Part shown: positions 45,345 to 54,323 of the stretch, in pieces
Position numbering within the stretch: position 1 is the first letter of the stretch
How the letters are laid out: the number at the start of each line of letters is the position of its first letter
Assembly (NCBI GenBank): GCA_019246795.1
Contig: JAFAPY010000210.1
Coordinates: 13,127-77,126, forward strand
Origin: Streptosporangiaceae bacterium
GTDB taxonomy: Bacteria; Actinomycetota; Actinomycetes; Streptosporangiales; Streptosporangiaceae
DNA: 64,000 nucleotides
Reading direction: 5' to 3'
The notes under the pieces: generated by a model
Databases searched by the model: none
What the model saw: the letters and a program-made list of their open reading frames with translations, nothing else
Told to the model about the DNA's origin: nothing
Translations under genes and position numbers: made by a program

Positions 45345-46902
45345 ATGTGCACCGGGACGGTTCCCGCGACCGGGGACGAGGCGCTGGACAGGATCGAGTC
45401 GGGGCTGCGCTACCTGGCCGCCGCCGACGCAGCGGAGCTGCCGGCCGAGACGTTTGGCCGGTGGCTGCGGGGCCTGGAGCGGGCCGCCGCGATAGAGGCC
45501 GCGGCAAGGGGCCGTCTGCTGGAGGCGTTCGACGCTCAGGACGGGCACCTGGCCGATGGGCAGCGGACCTCCCGGGTGTGGCTGGTGTACTCCCTGGGCG
45601 TGACCCGGCCGGGGGCAGGCCGCCGGGCATAAGGCGGTGCAGGGCCTGGCCCGTGAGCACCCGGTGCTGCTGGCCGCGCTGGCCGAAGGGCACGTGGTCA
45701 CCAAGTCGGTCACGTTGCAGCTGGCGAAGTGGACCCGGGCCATCCCGGAGGAATACCGGGGCCAAGCCGAGGAAATCGTGATGGCGGCGGCCCGGGCCGG
45801 GGCGGACCTGCGGGCGCTGGCCGCGATCTGCGCGGAGATCCGCTGCCGCACCGCCCCGCCCGACCAGGACCCGGAACGCGATCCCGGCCTGGACCGAGGC
45901 CTGTGCCTGGACACCACGATCGACGGCGCCGGGGTGCTACGCGGCGACCTCACTCCCGCCTGTGCCGCGAAGGTGCAGGCGGTCCTCGACGCCTTGGCGG
46001 CGCCGCACGGCGGGGACGATCTGCGTACCCGGTCGCAGCGTCTGCATGACGCCCTCGAAGACGCCGTGAACCGGCTGCTGGCCTCCGACTTGCTGCCGCG
46101 GCGGGCCGGGCAGCCGGTCAAGGCCCTGGTCCACGTGCATTTCTCCGAGCTGCTGGACCTCGATGAAGGCTCGGCGCTGCAGGACAAGTGGATCGCGGAC
46201 TACCGGGCCCGGTGGTCCGCCCGCCGCGCCGCCGCCTCGATCGGCCCCGGCGACGGCGGGGCCTGGCTGGACGGCAACACCGCCCGCGCCATCACCGCCG
46301 ATGCCATGATCGTCCCGGTGGTCAGCGGCGACATCGACCCCGGCGCGGTCGAGGAGCTGGTCGGGCTGTGCGTCCGCTACCACCACACCCGCAGCCGGGC
46401 CGCCGCGGGCCGACCCGGCGATGAACACCAGCCGGACGCCGCCGCGGCGGAGCGGGTAGCCGAAGTGCTGGCCCGGCTGGAACAGCAGATCCTGGCCAAG
46501 GTCCTGCAGGTGGTCTCCGGCCCGGGCGGGGCCGCCTCCTTCCTGCGCCGCGAACTGCTCGGCAAGGGACTCAACGGCCCGTCGCTGCCGTTGGACGTCG
46601 GCCATACCGACGAGATCCCTGTGCACCTGCGTCGGCTGGTCGCGCTGCGCGACCAGGGCTGCCGGTTCCCCGGCGGCTGCGGCCAGCCCGCCTCCGGCTG
46701 CGAGCCGCACCATGTGACCCACCGCGCCGACGGCGGGCGCACTAGCCTGGGCAACCTGCAGGACTGGTGCTGGTGGCACCACCACGTTGTGCTGCACCAG
46801 ATGGGCTGGCAGCTCACCGCCCACCCCGACGGCACCAGCCACGTCAAAACCCCGGACGACAAGGTCATCCGCAGCCACAGCCCGCCGACACGCGCTGGGT
46901 GA
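45345..46902 (+). pseudogene. DUF222 / HNH endonuclease (REP13E12-like family), interrupted by a +1 frameshift in a G5 run (45611-45615)
   Basis: N-terminal part (45345-45632) ends ...YSLGVTRPGAGRRA*. The other frame reads GQAAGHKAVQGLAREHPVLLAAL... through to the HNH motif (CRFPGGCGQPASGCEPHHVTHRADGGRTSLGNLQDWCWWHHHVVLH). Preceded by a lower-GC region. Confidence 0.75.
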
Positions 46903-47140
46903 CCCGGATAACGGGCATGGCCCCGAGAACCGGTCGACGTCAGCGCACTTGGCCGATGCCAGCGACGGTCTCTCCAGCCGTCATGACCTGTCCTGGTTGC
47001 CAGTCAAAACTCGGTCTTGAGCCGCTCGATCTCGCGAGCCCGCTCGCGCAGGTCCCGGTATGCCGGCCGCTCCCGGATGCGTGCCAGTGCCCACCGCAGG
47101 TGCGAGGGCGGAGGCCGTCGGCGCTTACGCTTGATGGTCT

Positions 47141-48142
47141 ATGAGCACAGCGCAAGCGCCGACGAGCACGGCCGGGCCGCCCGGCCAACAGGCCGACGCG
47201 GTCATCCACACCGCGGACCTGACCAAGGTCTACCAGGGGACCGATTTCGCCGCGGTGGACAAGCTCAACCTCGACGTGCGGGCCGGTGAGATCTTCGGCC
47301 TGCTCGGGCCGAACGGGGCGGGCAAGACCACCACCGCCGGGATGCTCACCACCCGCGTCGTGCCGACGTCCGGCCGGGCCTTCCTCGGCGGGATCGACGT
47401 AGCGGCCCACCCGGCCCTGGCCAAGCAGCTGAGCGGGATCATCTCGCAGCAGAACACCCTGGACCGCCAGCTCACCGTCTGGGAGAACTTGTACTTCCAC
47501 GGCCGGCTGTTCGGTATGGGGGCCAAGGCTTCCCGGCAGACCGCCGACGAGCTGCTGGCGCAGTTCCAGCTATCGCGGTGGGCCAACGCGTCGGTGTACG
47601 CGCTGTCCGGCGGCATGGCCCAGCGGCTGATGGTGGCGCGGGCCATCTTCCACCGGCCCGCGGTGCTGTTCCTTGACGAGCCCACGGCGGGGCTCGACCC
47701 GCAGAGCAGGCTCGCGCTGTGGGACCTGCTCGGTGAGCTGCACCACCAGGGTCAGACGATCCTGCTCACCACGCATTACATGGAAGAAGCCGACCGGCTC
47801 TGCCAGCGGGTGGCGATCATGGATCACGGCCGCATCCTGGCGCTGGATACCCCGGCCGCGCTCAAGCAGAGCACCGGCGCCGACACCATCGTCACCGTGC
47901 GGACGACCGGGGACTCCGGCCAGCTGGCTGAGCTGCTGGCCGGCGACGTCGAGGGGGTCACCCGGACCCGGACCGCGGACGACCGGGCCGAGCTGCACGT
48001 CCAGGGCGGCGACCGGCTGGTCCCGCGCATCGTGCTGGCGGCTGAACGCGGCGGCTTCGACCTGCTCGACGTCTCAGTCGCCGAGCCCACCCTGGAGACG
48101 GTGTTCATCAACCTGACCGGAAGGGAGCTGCGAGAGGAATGA
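47141..48142 (+). CDS. ABC transporter ATP-binding protein (ABC-2/DrrA-like)
   Basis: Walker A GPNGAGKTT, signature LSGGMAQR, Walker B VLFLDEPT. Confidence 0.9.
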   Translation: MSTAQAPTSTAGPPGQQADAVIHTADLTKVYQGTDFAAVDKLNLDVRAGEIFGLLGPNGAGKTTTAGMLTTRVVPTSGRAFLGGIDVAAHPALAKQLSGIISQQNTLDRQLTVWENLYFHGRLFGMGAKASRQTADELLAQFQLSRWANASVYALSGGMAQRLMVARAIFHRPAVLFLDEPTAGLDPQSRLALWDLLGELHHQGQTILLTTHYMEEADRLCQRVAIMDHGRILALDTPAALKQSTGADTIVTVRTTGDSGQLAELLAGDVEGVTRTRTADDRAELHVQGGDRLVPRIVLAAERGGFDLLDVSVAEPTLETVFINLTGRELREE

Positions 48143-49029
48143 CCACCGCCCCGGTAACCTCGCAGGCCCCGGCGCCGGCCCGGCGGATCGGCGGCGCTCC
48201 GCTGCGTTCGGTCGCCGCTGCCAGCTGGACCGCGCTCGGCGCGCTGCTGCTGCGCGACGTGGTGGTGCTGCGCAAGCACTTCTGGGAGTTCGTGCTGCGC
48301 ACCCTGATCCAGCCGTTCCTGCTCTGCTTCGTGTTCCTGTACGTCTTCCCGAAGATCGGGCAGGGCATCGGCGGCCGCGATGCGGCGCAGCAGTCGGCCT
48401 TCGCCACCATCCTGGTGCCCGGGGTGGTCGGCATCTCGGTCATGTTCCAGGGCGTTCAGTCCATCGCACTGGCCATGGCGCAGGAGTTCGGCTTCACCCG
48501 GGAGATCGAGGACCGGGTGCAGGCACCGTGCCCGATCTGGCTGGTGGCCATCGAGAAGGTGCTGTCCGGCGCCGCCCAGGGCATCGTGTCCGCGGCCATC
48601 GTGCTGCCGATCGCCTCGGTCGTGCACGCGCCCGGGGTGCAGGCCCACCTGAACCTGCACTGGTGGCTGATCGTCACGTTCGTGCCGCTGGCCAGCTTGG
48701 CCATGGCCGGTCTGGGGCTCGTGCTCGGCACCAGCTTCGAGCCGAGGAACATCGGCCTGATGTTCGGCTTCATCATCCTGCCGATCACGTTCCTCGGCGG
48801 CACCTACTACTCGTGGACAAAGCTGGCGCCGGTCACCGTGGGCGGTTGGCACTGGCTGCAGACCCTGGTGCTCATCAACCCGCTGATCTACGTGAACGAG
48901 GGGATGCGGGCCGCCTTCACCGAGATCCCGCACATGCATCTGTACGTGATCTACCCGGTGGTCGCCGGGTTCGGCGCGGTGTTCCTGGCCATCGGTCTGC
49001 GCAACTTCCGCCGCCGCGTGCTGTCCTAG
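48139..49029 (+). CDS. ABC-2-type transporter permease
   Basis: Six TM helices. ATGA overlap with the ATPase gene. Confidence 0.85.
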   Translation: MTTAPVTSQAPAPARRIGGAPLRSVAAASWTALGALLLRDVVVLRKHFWEFVLRTLIQPFLLCFVFLYVFPKIGQGIGGRDAAQQSAFATILVPGVVGISVMFQGVQSIALAMAQEFGFTREIEDRVQAPCPIWLVAIEKVLSGAAQGIVSAAIVLPIASVVHAPGVQAHLNLHWWLIVTFVPLASLAMAGLGLVLGTSFEPRNIGLMFGFIILPITFLGGTYYSWTKLAPVTVGGWHWLQTLVLINPLIYVNEGMRAAFTEIPHMHLYVIYPVVAGFGAVFLAIGLRNFRRRVLS

Positions 49030-49056
49030 CCGATTCGGCCATCAGGGCTCATTGCG

Positions 49057-49115
49057 GATGGGCACTGTTGCGCCAATCATGCCCGCAGGGGGACACTGTT
49101 GCGCCAACCATGCCC
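49057..49115 (-). repeat. Two tandem 31-bp units of the GGG..TTGGCGCAAC....CCC hairpin repeat, locus E (inverted relative to locus D)
   Basis: gggcactgttgcgccaatcatgccc and ggggacactgttgcgccaaccatgccc between the convergent ABC permease and acyl-CoA dehydrogenase genes. Confidence 0.7.
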
Positions 49116-49132
49116 TCAGGAGGACGCCGCGG

Positions 49133-50308
49133 TTAGCGGTAGAGTTCGCGGGCGATGATGGTGCGCTGGACCTCGGAGGCGCCCTCGTAGATGCGCGGGG
49201 CGCGCACTTCCCGGTACAGGTGCTCGAGCAGGTGGCCCCGCTGCAGCGCGCGGGCCCCGTGGACCTGCACCGCCGCGTCCACCACGTACTGCGCGGTCTC
49301 GGTGGCGAACAGCTTGGCCATCGCCGACCGCGCGGCGGTCCCCGATCCGCCGGCATCGTGGGCAGCGGCGGCCGCGTAGACCAGTAGCCTGGCCGCCTCG
49401 GTGCGGGTCGCCATCTCGGCGAGCAGGTGCGCGACGGCTTGCTGGCGGATCAGCGGCCCGCCGAACGCGGTCCTGGTACCCGCGTGGCGCACGGCCGCGT
49501 CCAGGGCCGCCTGGGCCATGCCGACCGCGAACGCGCCCACGCTGGGCCGGAACAGGTCCAGCGTGCGCATCGCGACACCGAAGCCGCGGTCCGGCTCGCC
49601 AAGCATCTCGCCGCGGTAGACCGGGACGCCGTCGAAGGTCAGGGTGCCGATCGGGTGCGGGCTGAGCATGTCCAGGTGCTCGCCGTGCAGGCCCGTGCGG
49701 TCCGCGGGTACCGTGAACGCGGTCACGCCGCGGGCGCCCGCGCCGTCGGTCGTCCGGGCGAAGACCGTGTATACGTCGGCTTCCGGCGCGTTGGAGATCC
49801 AGGTCTTCTGGCCGGTCAGCCGCCAGCCGGCGCCGTCGGGTTCGGCCCGCAGTGCCAGCGCGGCGGCGTCCGAGCCCGCGTCAGGCTCGGTGAGCGCGAA
49901 GGCCGCGACCGCGTCGCCGGCGGCGATGGCGGGCAGCCAGCGGCGGACGGCCTCGTCGGTGCCGGACTGCAGGATGGGGTAGCCGCCGAGGCCCTGCAGC
50001 GCCAGCGCGGTCTCCGCCTCGGTGCACTGGGTGGCCAGGGATTCGCGGAGCAGGCACAGGTCGGTGGCGCTGGCCTGCCTGGACAAAGGGGCCTCCCTCG
50101 ACAGTGGTGCGCCCCTGGACGGCGAGCCGCCGGATATCCCTGGGAACAGCCGGGCGAGCAGGCCCAGGTCGCCCATTGCCTTGATCAGCTCGCGGTTCAG
50201 CTGGCCCGGCTGGCCGGCGTCGGCGATCGGCCGGAGCTGCTCGGCTGCGGCCTGGCGGACCTGCCGGGCGAACGCCTGTTGCTGCTCGCTCAGCGCGAAC
50301 GCCGTCAT
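49133..50308 (-). CDS. Acyl-CoA dehydrogenase family protein
   Basis: FALTEPDAGSD, KTWISNAP, IYEGASEVQR motifs. ATG 50308 in an ATGA overlap with the upstream stop. The listed 467-aa ORF is over-extended. Confidence 0.85.
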   Translation of the reverse strand: MTAFALSEQQQAFARQVRQAAAEQLRPIADAGQPGQLNRELIKAMGDLGLLARLFPGISGGSPSRGAPLSREAPLSRQASATDLCLLRESLATQCTEAETALALQGLGGYPILQSGTDEAVRRWLPAIAAGDAVAAFALTEPDAGSDAAALALRAEPDGAGWRLTGQKTWISNAPEADVYTVFARTTDGAGARGVTAFTVPADRTGLHGEHLDMLSPHPIGTLTFDGVPVYRGEMLGEPDRGFGVAMRTLDLFRPSVGAFAVGMAQAALDAAVRHAGTRTAFGGPLIRQQAVAHLLAEMATRTEAARLLVYAAAAAHDAGGSGTAARSAMAKLFATETAQYVVDAAVQVHGARALQRGHLLEHLYREVRAPRIYEGASEVQRTIIARELYR

Positions 50309-52704
50309 GGGGCGCGGCCTGCAGAAGGCCGCCAGCGGGCGTGCGCGGTCCGGCGCGGGCCAGAGCGGATGAGTTCCAGCCGTGGCCGCGGGCCGTCGGT
50401 GCGTCCCGCCTGCGGCCTGCGGCTGCCCGCGGCGAACTGGACGGGCCAGACCGCGCCGGGGCCGGTGTATCCCTGTTCGGCGGCTGCGTGCAGGGTCCAC
50501 TGCGGGTCGTACAGGTGGGTGCGGCCAAGCGCGCACAGGTCCGCCCGGCCGGCACCGATGATGGAATTCACGTCGTCGTAGGAGGAGATCGCCCCGACGG
50601 CGATCACCGCGACGCCGTACTTGCAGCCGATCTCGTTACGGATCCGGTCCGCGTACGGCGTCTGGTAGCTGCGGCCGAACGCCGGCCTTTCCTCGCTGAC
50701 CACCTGCCCGGTGGACACGTCAATGCCGGCCGCGCCGTGCTCGGCGAAGGCGCGGGCGATCTCCACCGCGTCGTCGATGTCCAGGCCGCCGGGGCACCAG
50801 TCCGTCGCCGAGATCCGCACCGTCACCGGGCGTTCCTCGGGCCAGGCGGCACGGACCGCGTCGAAGACCTCCAGCGGGTAGCGGAGCCTGTTGGCCAGGG
50901 GTCCCCCGTACCGGTCGGCGCGGCGGTTGCTCAGCGGGGACAGGAACGACGACAGCAGGTAGCCGTGCGCGCAGTGCAGCTCGCACAGGTCGAAGCCTGC
51001 CCGCGCGCCCGCCCGCGCCGCGGCCGCGAACTGCTCCTTTATCAGTTCCATCTCCGCCGCGGTGAGCTCGCGCGGCGTCTGGCTGGCTGGCCCGTACCGG
51101 ACCGGCGACGGCCCGCACACCTCCCAGTTGCCCTCGGGCAGCGGGCTGTCCATGCCCTCCCACATCAGCCTGGTCGAGCCCTTCCGGCCGGAATGCCCGA
51201 GCTGGATGCCGATCTTGGCGCCGGTGCTGCCGTGGACGAAACCGACGATCCGGCGCCAGGCCTCCTCCTGCTCGACGGTGTAGATACCGGCGCAGCCGGG
51301 GGTGATCCGCCCGGTCGCGGACACGCAGACCATCTCGGTCATCACCAGCCCGGCGCCGCCCAGCGCCTTGCTGCCCAGGTGCACCTGGTGGAAGTCGCCG
51401 GGCACGCCGTCCTGGGCGGAGTACATGTCCATCGGGGACACGATGACCCGGTTGGCCAGCTCAAGGCGGCCCAGCCGGAACGGCTGGAACATCGGCGGGG
51501 ACGGCGGAAGCGGGATGTCAGCGCCGGCTGCCCGGCTGGCCTCGGCGGCGAACCAGCGGTCCAGGTCCGCCACGAACTCCGGATCGCGCAGCCGCAGGTT
51601 GTCATAGGTGACCCGGCGGCTGCGCGTCACGATGTTGAAGGCGAACTGGTGCGGGTCCTGCCCGGCGTACTGCCCGATGTTCTCGAACCACTCCAGGCTG
51701 GCTTGCGCGGCGCGCTGCGTTGAGGCGACCACCGGCCGGCGCTCGGCCTCGTAGGCGGCCAGCGCCCGCTCGACGCCCGGCTGCTCGTGCAGGCAGGCGG
51801 CCAGGGCCAGCGCGTCCTCCATGGCCAGCTTGGTGCCCGAGCCGATGGAGAAGTGCGCGGTGTGCGCGGCGTCGCCGAGCAGCACGATGGTGCCGTGGTG
51901 CCAGCTCGCGCACCGGACGGTGGTGAAGCTGGTCCACCGTGAGTTGTTGCCGAAAAGCTCATGCCCGGCCAGCACGTCGGCGCACAGGTCACCGATGCGC
52001 TCGATGGACCGCTCGTCGCTGCGCCCCGGCGGGAGGCCAGCGACGCCCTCCGCGATCGCGGCGAACCCGGCCCGGCGCCAGACGTCTTCGTGCATCTCCA
52101 GGATGAAGGTGCTCGCATCCCGGCTGTACGGGTAGCCGTGGACCTGCATGATCCCGGCCGGCGTGTCCAGGATGTAGAACGTGAACGCGTCGAAGACCCG
52201 GCTGGTGCCGAGCCAGATGTAGCGGGACCGCCGTTTGTCGCAGTTTTGACCGAACGAGCCAGCGAACGCGGCCCGGGTCCCCGAGTTGGCCCCGTCGGCG
52301 GCGACCACCAGGTCGTGGCCGGCCGACAGCGCCGCCGCATCGGGCGCCGGGGTGCGGAACAGCATCCGCACGCCGAGTTCCGCGCACCGGTCCTGCAGGA
52401 TGGCCAGCAGCGTCTTGCGGCCCATCGCGGCGAATCCGTGCCCGCCGGAGGTGATCGTGGTGCCGCGGAAGACCACGTCGATGTCGTCCCACCGGGCGAA
52501 TCCCCGGCGCATCCGTGCGAAGATCTCGATGTCAGCGTGCTCGATGCCGCCCAGCGTCTCATCGGAGAACACCACCCCGAAGCCGAACGTGTCATCGGGC
52601 GCGTTGCGCTCCCACACGGTGATGTCGTCCCGGGGGTCGAGTTGCTTGGCGAGAGCCGCGAAGTACAGGCCGCCCGGGCCGCCGCCAAGCACGGCGATGC
52701 GCAC
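50305..52704 (-). CDS. Bifunctional FAD monooxygenase / Old-Yellow-Enzyme reductase (salicylyl-CoA 5-hydroxylase or 2-aminobenzoyl-CoA monooxygenase/reductase type)
   Basis: N-terminal IAVLGGGPGGLYFA...GDAAHTAHFSIGSGTKLAMEDA. C-terminal OYE half (SPMDMYSA..., HCAHGYLLSSFLSP, ATDW). GTG 52704 with AAGGAG RBS. The listed 874-aa ORF is over-extended. Confidence 0.85.
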   Translation of the reverse strand: MRIAVLGGGPGGLYFAALAKQLDPRDDITVWERNAPDDTFGFGVVFSDETLGGIEHADIEIFARMRRGFARWDDIDVVFRGTTITSGGHGFAAMGRKTLLAILQDRCAELGVRMLFRTPAPDAAALSAGHDLVVAADGANSGTRAAFAGSFGQNCDKRRSRYIWLGTSRVFDAFTFYILDTPAGIMQVHGYPYSRDASTFILEMHEDVWRRAGFAAIAEGVAGLPPGRSDERSIERIGDLCADVLAGHELFGNNSRWTSFTTVRCASWHHGTIVLLGDAAHTAHFSIGSGTKLAMEDALALAACLHEQPGVERALAAYEAERRPVVASTQRAAQASLEWFENIGQYAGQDPHQFAFNIVTRSRRVTYDNLRLRDPEFVADLDRWFAAEASRAAGADIPLPPSPPMFQPFRLGRLELANRVIVSPMDMYSAQDGVPGDFHQVHLGSKALGGAGLVMTEMVCVSATGRITPGCAGIYTVEQEEAWRRIVGFVHGSTGAKIGIQLGHSGRKGSTRLMWEGMDSPLPEGNWEVCGPSPVRYGPASQTPRELTAAEMELIKEQFAAAARAGARAGFDLCELHCAHGYLLSSFLSPLSNRRADRYGGPLANRLRYPLEVFDAVRAAWPEERPVTVRISATDWCPGGLDIDDAVEIARAFAEHGAAGIDVSTGQVVSEERPAFGRSYQTPYADRIRNEIGCKYGVAVIAVGAISSYDDVNSIIGAGRADLCALGRTHLYDPQWTLHAAAEQGYTGPGAVWPVQFAAGSRRPQAGRTDGPRPRLELIRSGPRRTAHARWRPSAGRAP

Positions 52705-52747
52705 GGCGATAATCTCCTTTCGCCTGCGCCAATCGTAACCTTCAGCC

Positions 52748-53218
52748 ATGAGCGCGCAGCGAATCAATCCGGCAGAACTCGGCCGACCCTCCGGCTTCGC
52801 GCACGCGGTATCGGTGACCGCGAGCCGGATGGTGTTCCTCGCGGGCCAGACCGCGCACGACGGTGAAGGGAAGATCGTCGCCGGGGGAGTGGTGGCCCAG
52901 TTCGAGCGGGCGCTGGGCAACCTGCTCACCGCGCTCGCCGCGGCGGGCGGGCGCCCCGGCGACCTGGTCAGCCTGACCGTCTACCTCACCGACATCGACG
53001 CCTACCAGGCACACAGCCGCCAGATCGGCGCGGTCTGGCGGCGCCTGGCCGGGACCGAGTATCCCGCCATGGCCGCCGTCGCGGTATCGCGGCTGTGGGA
53101 CCCCGAGGCTCTGATCGAGATCCAGGGTATCGCCGCGCCTGCTGGCTTAGCAGGTGTGGTTACCCCCCGGAAACGGGGGGTAACCACGCTTCTGATCGGC
53201 GGTCCGTTCAGGCGGTGA
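52748..53218 (+). CDS. RidA/YjgF-family protein with an unusual ~25-aa C-terminal extension
   Basis: FAHAVSV...VFLAGQTA...AMAAVAVSRLWDPEALIEIQGIA is the normal family end. The ORF continues through the hairpin at 53156-53187 to 53218. Confidence 0.8.
   Translation: MSAQRINPAELGRPSGFAHAVSVTASRMVFLAGQTAHDGEGKIVAGGVVAQFERALGNLLTALAAAGGRPGDLVSLTVYLTDIDAYQAHSRQIGAVWRRLAGTEYPAMAAVAVSRLWDPEALIEIQGIAAPAGLAGVVTPRKRGVTTLLIGGPFRR
53156..53187. terminator. Perfect 14-bp stem with GAAA tetraloop between convergent RidA and hsp20 genes
   Basis: GTGGTTACCCCCCG-GAAA-CGGGGGGTAACCAC. Confidence 0.6.
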
Positions 53219-53627
53219 CCTCCTTGGATTCGGTGCTGGTCACCTCGACCTTGCGCGGCTTGGCGGCCTCGTGCACCGGGATGGCCAGCGTGAGCACGCC
53301 GGCGGTGTAGTCCGCCTTGATGTTGTCGGCGTCGAGGGTGTCGCCGAGGAAGACGGTGCGGGTGAATGTCCCGACGGGCCGTTCGGCCACGATCATCTCG
53401 GTGCCCTCGGGCTGCGTCAGGCCACGCTCGGCCCGCACGGTGAGCACGTTCTGCTCCACGGTCAGGTCGATGGTGTCCAGCCCCATGCCCGGCAGGTCGA
53501 ACTTGACGTAGAAGGTGTCCCCCTGGCGGTAGGCATCCATCGGCATCGCGGCCGGGCGGGCCGTCGTGCCGAACACCTGCTGGGCCAGCCGGTCAAGGTC
53601 CCTGAACGGGTCGGTGCGCATCAGCAT
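53208..53627 (-). CDS. Hsp20/alpha-crystallin family small heat-shock protein
   Basis: DAYRQGDTFYVKFDLPGM...LTVRAER...FTRTVFLGD...ADYTAGVLTLAIPV. ATG 53627 with AAGGAG RBS. Confidence 0.9.
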   Translation of the reverse strand: MLMRTDPFRDLDRLAQQVFGTTARPAAMPMDAYRQGDTFYVKFDLPGMGLDTIDLTVEQNVLTVRAERGLTQPEGTEMIVAERPVGTFTRTVFLGDTLDADNIKADYTAGVLTLAIPVHEAAKPRKVEVTSTESKEVTA

Positions 53628-53672
53628 CGTCGCTTGCTCCTTTGACTGCTCGACACTGTTGTCCACGCCTAG

Positions 53673-53718
53673 GGTCTCCTGGCGAGACCTATATAGCATG
53701 TGTCCGGACCCTTGACAA
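53673..53718 (-). promoter_or_regulatory. Sigma70-like promoter for hsp20 (TTGTCA-N17-TATATA) followed by IR GGTCTC-N5-GAGACC
   Basis: -35 at 53713-53718, -10 at 53690-53695, IR at 53673-53689, all read on the minus strand. Confidence 0.55.
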
Positions 53719-53760
53719 GGGGCCACTTAGATTTTGTAATGGTGAAGGGCAGCCTTCACC
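53712..53760 (+). promoter_or_regulatory. Sigma70-like promoter TTGACA-N17-TGTAAT followed by perfect IR GGTGAAGG-GCAG-CCTTCACC
   Basis: -35 at 53712-53717 overlaps the hsp20 -35 on the other strand. -10 at 53735-53740, IR at 53741-53760. Confidence 0.55.
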
Positions 53761-53810
53761 CCAATGCTCCTGCGTGGGGGGCCGCGGGCCGCGAGGGAAG
53801 GGGGCAACAG

Positions 53811-54323
53811 ATGCCTGGATCGGGCCAGCATCAGCAGCGACCGGACCTGTACGGCGTCCTCGGCCTGGACCAGGAAGCCTCCCGCGCGGATATCATCCGC
53901 GCCTACCGCCAGCAGGCCCGGGCCATGCACCCGGACGCCAGGCCGGACGACCCCGATGCGGCGGCCAGGTTCCAGGCGCTGACCGACGCCTACGACGTGC
54001 TCAGCGACCCGGCCCGGCGCGACGCCTACGACCGGCGGAACCCGGGACCCGGGGTCGCCCGGCCGGCCGCGCCGGGGCCGCCTGCGCGGGCCTGGGCGAC
54101 CTCGCGCCCGCGCGGCGCGGGCCCGTCCGGCGCGACGATATGGGCCGGGCCTGTTCACGTGCAGCCGCCCGGCGGCCCTGCGCAGGCACAGCCCCCCGCC
54201 GGGGCAGAGCCTGGCCTGCGCGGGGATCCAGTCCGCCTTCCCCCGGACGCGGCTGCGGCACTGCTCGCCGACCTGATCAGCCGCTACTTCGATGACGAAC
54301 CGGGATGGCCGCTATGGCAGTGA
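53811..54323 (+). CDS. J-domain-only protein (DnaJ-like, lacks Zn-finger and C-terminal domains)
   Basis: DLYGVLGLDQEASRADIIRAYRQQARAMHPDARPDD...RFQALTDAYDVLSDPARRDAYD with the HPD motif. The rest is Pro/Ala-rich. Confidence 0.8.
   Translation: MPGSGQHQQRPDLYGVLGLDQEASRADIIRAYRQQARAMHPDARPDDPDAAARFQALTDAYDVLSDPARRDAYDRRNPGPGVARPAAPGPPARAWATSRPRGAGPSGATIWAGPVHVQPPGGPAQAQPPAGAEPGLRGDPVRLPPDAAAALLADLISRYFDDEPGWPLWQ

Noticed and set aside
47003-47131. Short minus-strand ORF fragment (...IKRKRRRPPPSHLRWALARIRERPAYRDLRERAREIERLKTEF*) between the HNH gene and the ABC transporter
   Set aside because: It has no ATG/GTG/TTG start after the upstream stop, is under 45 codons, and has no recognisable family. 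It could be a gene relic, but that is not supportable.
53711-53731. Canonical HspR operator (HAIR, CTTGAGT-N7-ACTCAAG) at CTTGACA-AGGGGCC-ACTTAGA
   Set aside because: Only about 9 of 14 positions match. The perfect inverted repeats next to the -10 boxes are better operator candidates.
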